Assembly: GCA_964405005.1 (NCBI GenBank)
Contig: CAYOMI010000001.1
Span: forward strand, 1 to 45,625
Source: an uncultured Planctomycetales bacterium
Lineage (GTDB): Bacteria; Omnitrophota; Gorgyraeia; Gygaellales; Profunditerraquicolaceae
Direction: 5' to 3'
Length of the DNA: 45,625 bases
Below the pieces are notes generated by a model. It saw only the letters and a list, made by a program, of their open reading frames with translations. It was not told where the DNA came from and ran no database searches. The translations under genes were made by a program, and so were the position numbers. Positions 41,698 through 45,625 of this stretch are shown piece by piece (position 1 is the first letter of the stretch; each line of letters opens with the position of its first letter).

Positions 41698-42666
41698 ATG
41701 GCGGAGATATCGGTAGTAATTCTGGCTAAGAACGAAGAGAAATATATCGGTTCTACTCTAGATATGGTATTTAGGCAGGGCATAGATAAAGAATATGAAG
41801 TGATTGTAATTGATTCGGGTTCTAAAGACGATACGTTAAAAATTGTAAAGAGATATCCGGTTAAGTTGGTAGAAATACCTACGCAAGAGTTTGGTCATGG
41901 AAGAACGCGTAATCTTGGAGTGCGGATGGCAGGTGGTAAAATTACGGTATTTTTAAATGCAGATGCGACGCCGGTGAATGAGGATTGGTTAGAAAGTCTT
42001 ATTGCTGCTTTTCAAAATGATGAAAAAATAGCTGGAGTTTATAGTTGCGCTTATCCTCGGCATAATTGTAATCCCGTGGATGCCCGGAATATTTTAGGCG
42101 ATAATTATCTTTTTGATAAAAATAAAAAGATAAAATATATTCCCTCTCCTTCTGCCTATGAGCAAATGAATAAGGAAGAGAAGAGGAAATTGGTGTCATT
42201 CCATACCGTCAGTTGCGCAATAGACAGGAGCATCTTGCTCGAAAATCCATTTGCCGACATACGTTTTGGCGAAGACCTTGAGTGGTCGAAAAGGATGCTT
42301 GAGAAGGGGTTTAAGATTTTATATGAACCCAATTCAGAGGTAATCCATTCGCATAATATACACTCATCTGTTATAAAAACTATAAAGAGATATTTTGACG
42401 ATGCCAGGTTAAACCAGCGTCTTTTTAAGAAATGGGCCGTTATAGATTTATTGAAGTTTCTATTGGTTGTTATCGTTGAATCAAGAAAAGATGCCGCATA
42501 TATTTTAAAAATGAAAAGAAACTTTATAATTCGGGCAAGGTGGATACTTCATTCTTTTTTAACGCGTATGGCGGAGTTTGTGGGTATTTTATTAGGCGCG
42601 ATTCCTTTTCTTCCCGAAAAATTTGTGGACAGATTATCTTTAGCGGAAGAACTAAGGCGGGATTAG
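41698..42666 (+). CDS. Glycosyltransferase family 2
   Basis: ISVVILAKNEEKYIGSTLDMVFRQ...YEVIVIDSGSKDDT...FLNADATP follows the typical GT2 N-terminal GT-A pattern. A C-terminal hydrophobic helix is present (LLKFLLVVIV). Confidence 0.8.
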   Translation: MAEISVVILAKNEEKYIGSTLDMVFRQGIDKEYEVIVIDSGSKDDTLKIVKRYPVKLVEIPTQEFGHGRTRNLGVRMAGGKITVFLNADATPVNEDWLESLIAAFQNDEKIAGVYSCAYPRHNCNPVDARNILGDNYLFDKNKKIKYIPSPSAYEQMNKEEKRKLVSFHTVSCAIDRSILLENPFADIRFGEDLEWSKRMLEKGFKILYEPNSEVIHSHNIHSSVIKTIKRYFDDARLNQRLFKKWAVIDLLKFLLVVIVESRKDAAYILKMKRNFIIRARWILHSFLTRMAEFVGILLGAIPFLPEKFVDRLSLAEELRRD

Positions 42667-42683
42667 ATAAAAAATTTTAAACA

Positions 42684-44039
42684 ATGAGAATAATACAGGT
42701 AGTACATAGTTTTCTGCCTTATACCTTTGCAGGAACAGAAATATGTTCTTATAAATTATCAAAAGAATTATTAAAGAAAAATGAAGTTTTTATCTTCTTC
42801 AGAATCAATGAGTTGCGTAAAAAAGAATATTCCTTGGTGGTTAATAACCTTGAAGGTTTAGAAACATATGGTATCAACCATACCTTTAGATTCTGCCAAT
42901 CTTTCAGAGACACATATACCGATAACGTTATCGATAGAGAATTCGGGAAGTTGTTGGATAGAATAAAGCCGGATATTGTGCATATCCACCACTTGTTGTT
43001 TTTATCTTGCGGTATCGTCAATGAAATTAAAAAAAGAAAGATCCCCCTTCTGTATACCTTACATGACTATTGGCTTATTTGTTACCGAGGGCAACTATTA
43101 AAAAAAGATTTTTCTATTTGTAATAATAATACTATTACGGAATGCGCAGACTGTTTGGAGTATTTATTAAGTATAAAAAAATATTCGATGCAGATATACA
43201 CGAGACTAAGGAAAAGAACACCTTTATTCCTGCTCGAATTATCAAAGAAATTTTATTTGAATCTGACAAAGACAAATTCATCGAGCGCTTTAGAAGAATA
43301 CAAAAAAAATATAGAAGAGATTTATTCACAAGTAGATTTATTTATCGCTCCGTCTAATTTCATCAGAAATAAATTTATCAGCTACGGCCTCTCCGCCCAT
43401 AAGATCTTGCATTCTACCAATGGATACGATTACAGGAATTTTTTATCTAATGGCAAAAGCAGTTCTAAGGTGTTGAGATTCGGTTATATCGGTACTTTAC
43501 TACCGATGAAAGGGCTCAATATTTTGATACCGGCTTTCAAAAAAATAAAATATAAAAATGTCGGATTATCTATATACGGTAAACTTTCTGCCTATAGCGG
43601 CTTCGAATATTACCCCCGCCTCTTTAAAAAAATGATCAAAGATGATAGCCGGATAAGATATAAGGGCGAATACGATAATAAAGATATCTCTGGGGTTTTG
43701 TCTGGCATCGATATACTGATAGTCCCTTCGATATGGCCGGAAAACGCCCCCGTAGTTATCCAGGAGGCTTTTTTGTCAAAGACACCCGTGATTGCATCAA
43801 GGATCGGTGGGATACCAGAATTAGTCATTGATGGCTTAAACGGTCTTTTATTTAATCCGGCAGATACAAACGATTTACAAGAAAAAATGGAATTTATAAT
43901 TGATAATCCGGATGTTATAGAAAAATTTAAAGAGAATATGCCGGAAGTCAAAAGCATAGAAGACAATGCCAGAGAGATGGAAGGGATATATAATAACTTG
44001 ATTATGACGGGAAAAGCACCATACGCTTATTCAAGATAG
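42684..44039 (+). CDS. Glycosyltransferase family 4 (GT-B, retaining type)
   Basis: N-terminal MRIIQVVHSF...AGTE. The C-terminus has an E-x7-E motif (PENAPVVIQEAF), then TPVIASRIGGIPELVIDGLNGLLFNP. Confidence 0.8.
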   Translation: MRIIQVVHSFLPYTFAGTEICSYKLSKELLKKNEVFIFFRINELRKKEYSLVVNNLEGLETYGINHTFRFCQSFRDTYTDNVIDREFGKLLDRIKPDIVHIHHLLFLSCGIVNEIKKRKIPLLYTLHDYWLICYRGQLLKKDFSICNNNTITECADCLEYLLSIKKYSMQIYTRLRKRTPLFLLELSKKFYLNLTKTNSSSALEEYKKNIEEIYSQVDLFIAPSNFIRNKFISYGLSAHKILHSTNGYDYRNFLSNGKSSSKVLRFGYIGTLLPMKGLNILIPAFKKIKYKNVGLSIYGKLSAYSGFEYYPRLFKKMIKDDSRIRYKGEYDNKDISGVLSGIDILIVPSIWPENAPVVIQEAFLSKTPVIASRIGGIPELVIDGLNGLLFNPADTNDLQEKMEFIIDNPDVIEKFKENMPEVKSIEDNAREMEGIYNNLIMTGKAPYAYSR

Positions 44040-44064
44040 CATAAAACGGGCAATTAATTTATCT

Positions 44065-45625
44065 ATGAATGTTAAAAAAGCAATTATTCTGGTATTGTGT
44101 TTATGCTGTTTCCATATCATTTGCAACTACATATGGATAAAAAAAGACTACTTTTCTTTTTCCCCTGAGAAATTTTGGGCGCTTTGTCAAGAACACGAAA
44201 TTTTTCTCCAATTTAAAATAAAAACTCACGGGGTAAAAGGATACCTCGATAAACTTAAAATGATAGTTAAGGCTACCTTTATAACTGACCGCTATAAACC
44301 CAGGCTCATTCCCGCCTATACAGCAGCTATTGGTTATTATTTTGGGGAGAATATAAATAATGCGCTTCTTTCTAATATCCCGTTTTTAGTTTTGGCCATT
44401 ATGTTTATTTTTTTATTAGGAAAAGAATTATTTTCTGCAGAAGCAGGACTATTATCTGCTTTTATCATTTCTTTTTATCCGGGTTTTTTTGGGATGTCGC
44501 GCAGTTACGGCATTGACTTCCCCCTGATTAGCGCAGTTTTAGCGGTATTTTACTCTTTGATTAAAACAAGTAAGACCCCGGACTGGAAACATCTGGCGGT
44601 TTTTATCTTGTTTTTTTCCGTCTCAGTTCTTTTGAATCCCCGCGCGATATTTTTCTTATTCGGCCCTTTAGTTTTTATAGTTTATAGAACTATAGAAAAA
44701 AAGGAATTTAGTTCTTTATTCAGGATTTTGACAGCATTAATTTTAATTATATTGCTCACTTCTATCTGGTGGTTACCAAGAGTTCAAACGATAACAACAT
44801 TTTTGAAATTTTTTTTCATTCGCAGATGTGGCGCCCCTCCCCTTATCAGGTTACCGTTTATACACGTAAGACATTTTATAAGCGTAGTCAGGCATATTTC
44901 AATATTTTTTAGTATATTCTTTTTAATCTCGCTGCCTTGCTTTTTTATAAAAAAGAATCCTTACAGGTTTCTGCTGTCGGTTTTTTTAGTAGCCCCTTAT
45001 TTTATTTCACCCCCCCTTACAACAGTCTTTGACAGAAATTTTTTCCCGCTCTTCATTGGTTTTGCTCTGATAACTGCAGCAGGGATAAGTAATATTAAAA
45101 ATTCTATTTTGAAAAAATTTTTAGTTTCCTTAATGGTCATCTTATCATTATTACAATTCTTTGATCTCTCTTTCGGTACCACATTCCTCCCCAATATATT
45201 TTATAGGATAAAAAAAGTTAAGCTGCAGGATGATTTATGGGCTAGGCCGCCGAGCATCAACGACGAAGCGGAAGCCGCTTATAAATTTTTAAATTTCATT
45301 TCTGATTACAAAAAAAAGAATCCTCCCGATACCTATGTCCTTGTGGCAGGCGAACCTCTAGTTGCAGACTTCGGAATATTTGAGTATATATTTTTTTCAA
45401 ATTCGGATAGATTTATATTGAAGAATTTCTTTATATCTCGAAATTCCGACTATCAAGATTGTGATTTCGCCATCATTATAGTAGAAAAACCCAAGGAGAA
45501 GATTTACAGAAATTACTCCGATTTTGAATTTCTTAAATCAGACCGTTATGCCATATTTTCTTACGAAGAAAGAAAAAAGATGTCCAGTTTTTTCATTAAG
45601 TCTGTGGTTTTAGGCTCGTTCAAGT
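44065..45625 (+). CDS. Polytopic membrane protein, putative GT-C fold glycosyltransferase (ArnT/PMT-like), 3' end cut by window edge
   Basis: It is absent from the ORF track, presumably because no stop is reached. My hand translation from the ATG at 44065 stays open to the window end (~520 codons). It has multiple TM helices. The segment NIPFLVLAIMFIFLLGKELFSAEAGLLSAFIISFYPGFFGMSRSYGIDF parallels NNILYFTIAIISIYSIAKKIFDKPTGLLAVAIFSLYPAVYGLSRFYVIEF in 25139..26833. Confidence 0.6.
   Translation, partial: MNVKKAIILVLCLCCFHIICNYIWIKKDYFSFSPEKFWALCQEHEIFLQFKIKTHGVKGYLDKLKMIVKATFITDRYKPRLIPAYTAAIGYYFGENINNALLSNIPFLVLAIMFIFLLGKELFSAEAGLLSAFIISFYPGFFGMSRSYGIDFPLISAVLAVFYSLIKTSKTPDWKHLAVFILFFSVSVLLNPRAIFFLFGPLVFIVYRTIEKKEFSSLFRILTALILIILLTSIWWLPRVQTITTFLKFFFIRRCGAPPLIRLPFIHVRHFISVVRHISIFFSIFFLISLPCFFIKKNPYRFLLSVFLVAPYFISPPLTTVFDRNFFPLFIGFALITAAGISNIKNSILKKFLVSLMVILSLLQFFDLSFGTTFLPNIFYRIKKVKLQDDLWARPPSINDEAEAAYKFLNFISDYKKKNPPDTYVLVAGEPLVADFGIFEYIFFSNSDRFILKNFFISRNSDYQDCDFAIIIVEKPKEKIYRNYSDFEFLKSDRYAIFSYEERKKMSSFFIKSVVLGSFK

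Noticed and set aside
11291-43357. Plus-strand ORFs nested out of frame inside larger genes: 11291..11521, 24762..24983, 31475..31699 and 43142..43357.
   Set aside because: They overlap well-supported CDS in another frame and show no motifs. The protein from 31475..31699 is Arg/Cys/Gly-rich, typical of an off-frame read through a conserved gene.
1-45625. All minus-strand ORFs in the track (60-155 aa, e.g. 37445..37912, 7694..8053, 40713..41072, 3538..3879, 14822..15190, 44997..45194).
   Set aside because: Each is fully embedded antisense to a + strand gene that has strong family motifs. Their translations are low-complexity, with no recognisable motif or RBS. In AT-rich DNA with long + strand genes such shadow ORFs are expected by chance.
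1-45625. CRISPR arrays, tRNA/rRNA genes, intact IS elements or prophage genes.
   Set aside because: I saw no regularly spaced direct repeats, no cloverleaf-like or rRNA-like segments and no integrase or transposase ORF. The only trace is the 111-nt IS3-like scar.

Overview
This 45.6-kb window is visibly AT-rich and all credible genes lie on the + strand. I call 34 CDS, two of them cut by the window edges, plus two decayed gene remnants. Genes are packed tightly, often with ATGA or TAAATG stop/start junctions. Gaps over 100 bp occur only at 34979-35213, 35877-36056 and 40472-40809.

Radical SAM (rSAM) enzymes dominate. Eighteen CDS carry 23 CxxxCxxC cores, in three architectural classes:
- Nine have an N-terminal cobalamin-binding-type (class B) domain.
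- Seven are SPASM/auxiliary-cluster types.
- Seven are copies of a compact ~270-aa domain ending in a Cys-x4-Cys-(Pro/Phe)-Cys tail.

Several genes are multi-rSAM fusions: two 924-aa dual-core proteins, one di-domain protein and one 972-aa triple-core protein.

Interleaved genes are:
- six SGNH/GDSL hydrolase paralogs, two with a TPR insertion and four membrane-anchored
- two GT-C (ArnT/PMT-like) membrane glycosyltransferase paralogs
- one FAD-dependent oxidoreductase
- GT9, GT2 and GT4 glycosyltransferases
- one TPR protein
- two tandem membrane-anchored winged-helix proteins

I saw no rRNA, tRNA, CRISPR array, intact mobile element, RiPP precursor ORF, or PKS/NRPS/terpene scaffold gene.

The most notable feature is the modularly duplicated rSAM + SGNH + glycosyltransferase island itself. 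It looks like an uncharacterised multi-step radical tailoring system, probably acting on an envelope glycan or glycolipid rather than a peptide. All family calls come from motifs read by eye. No database search was run, and the taxon cannot be determined from this window.
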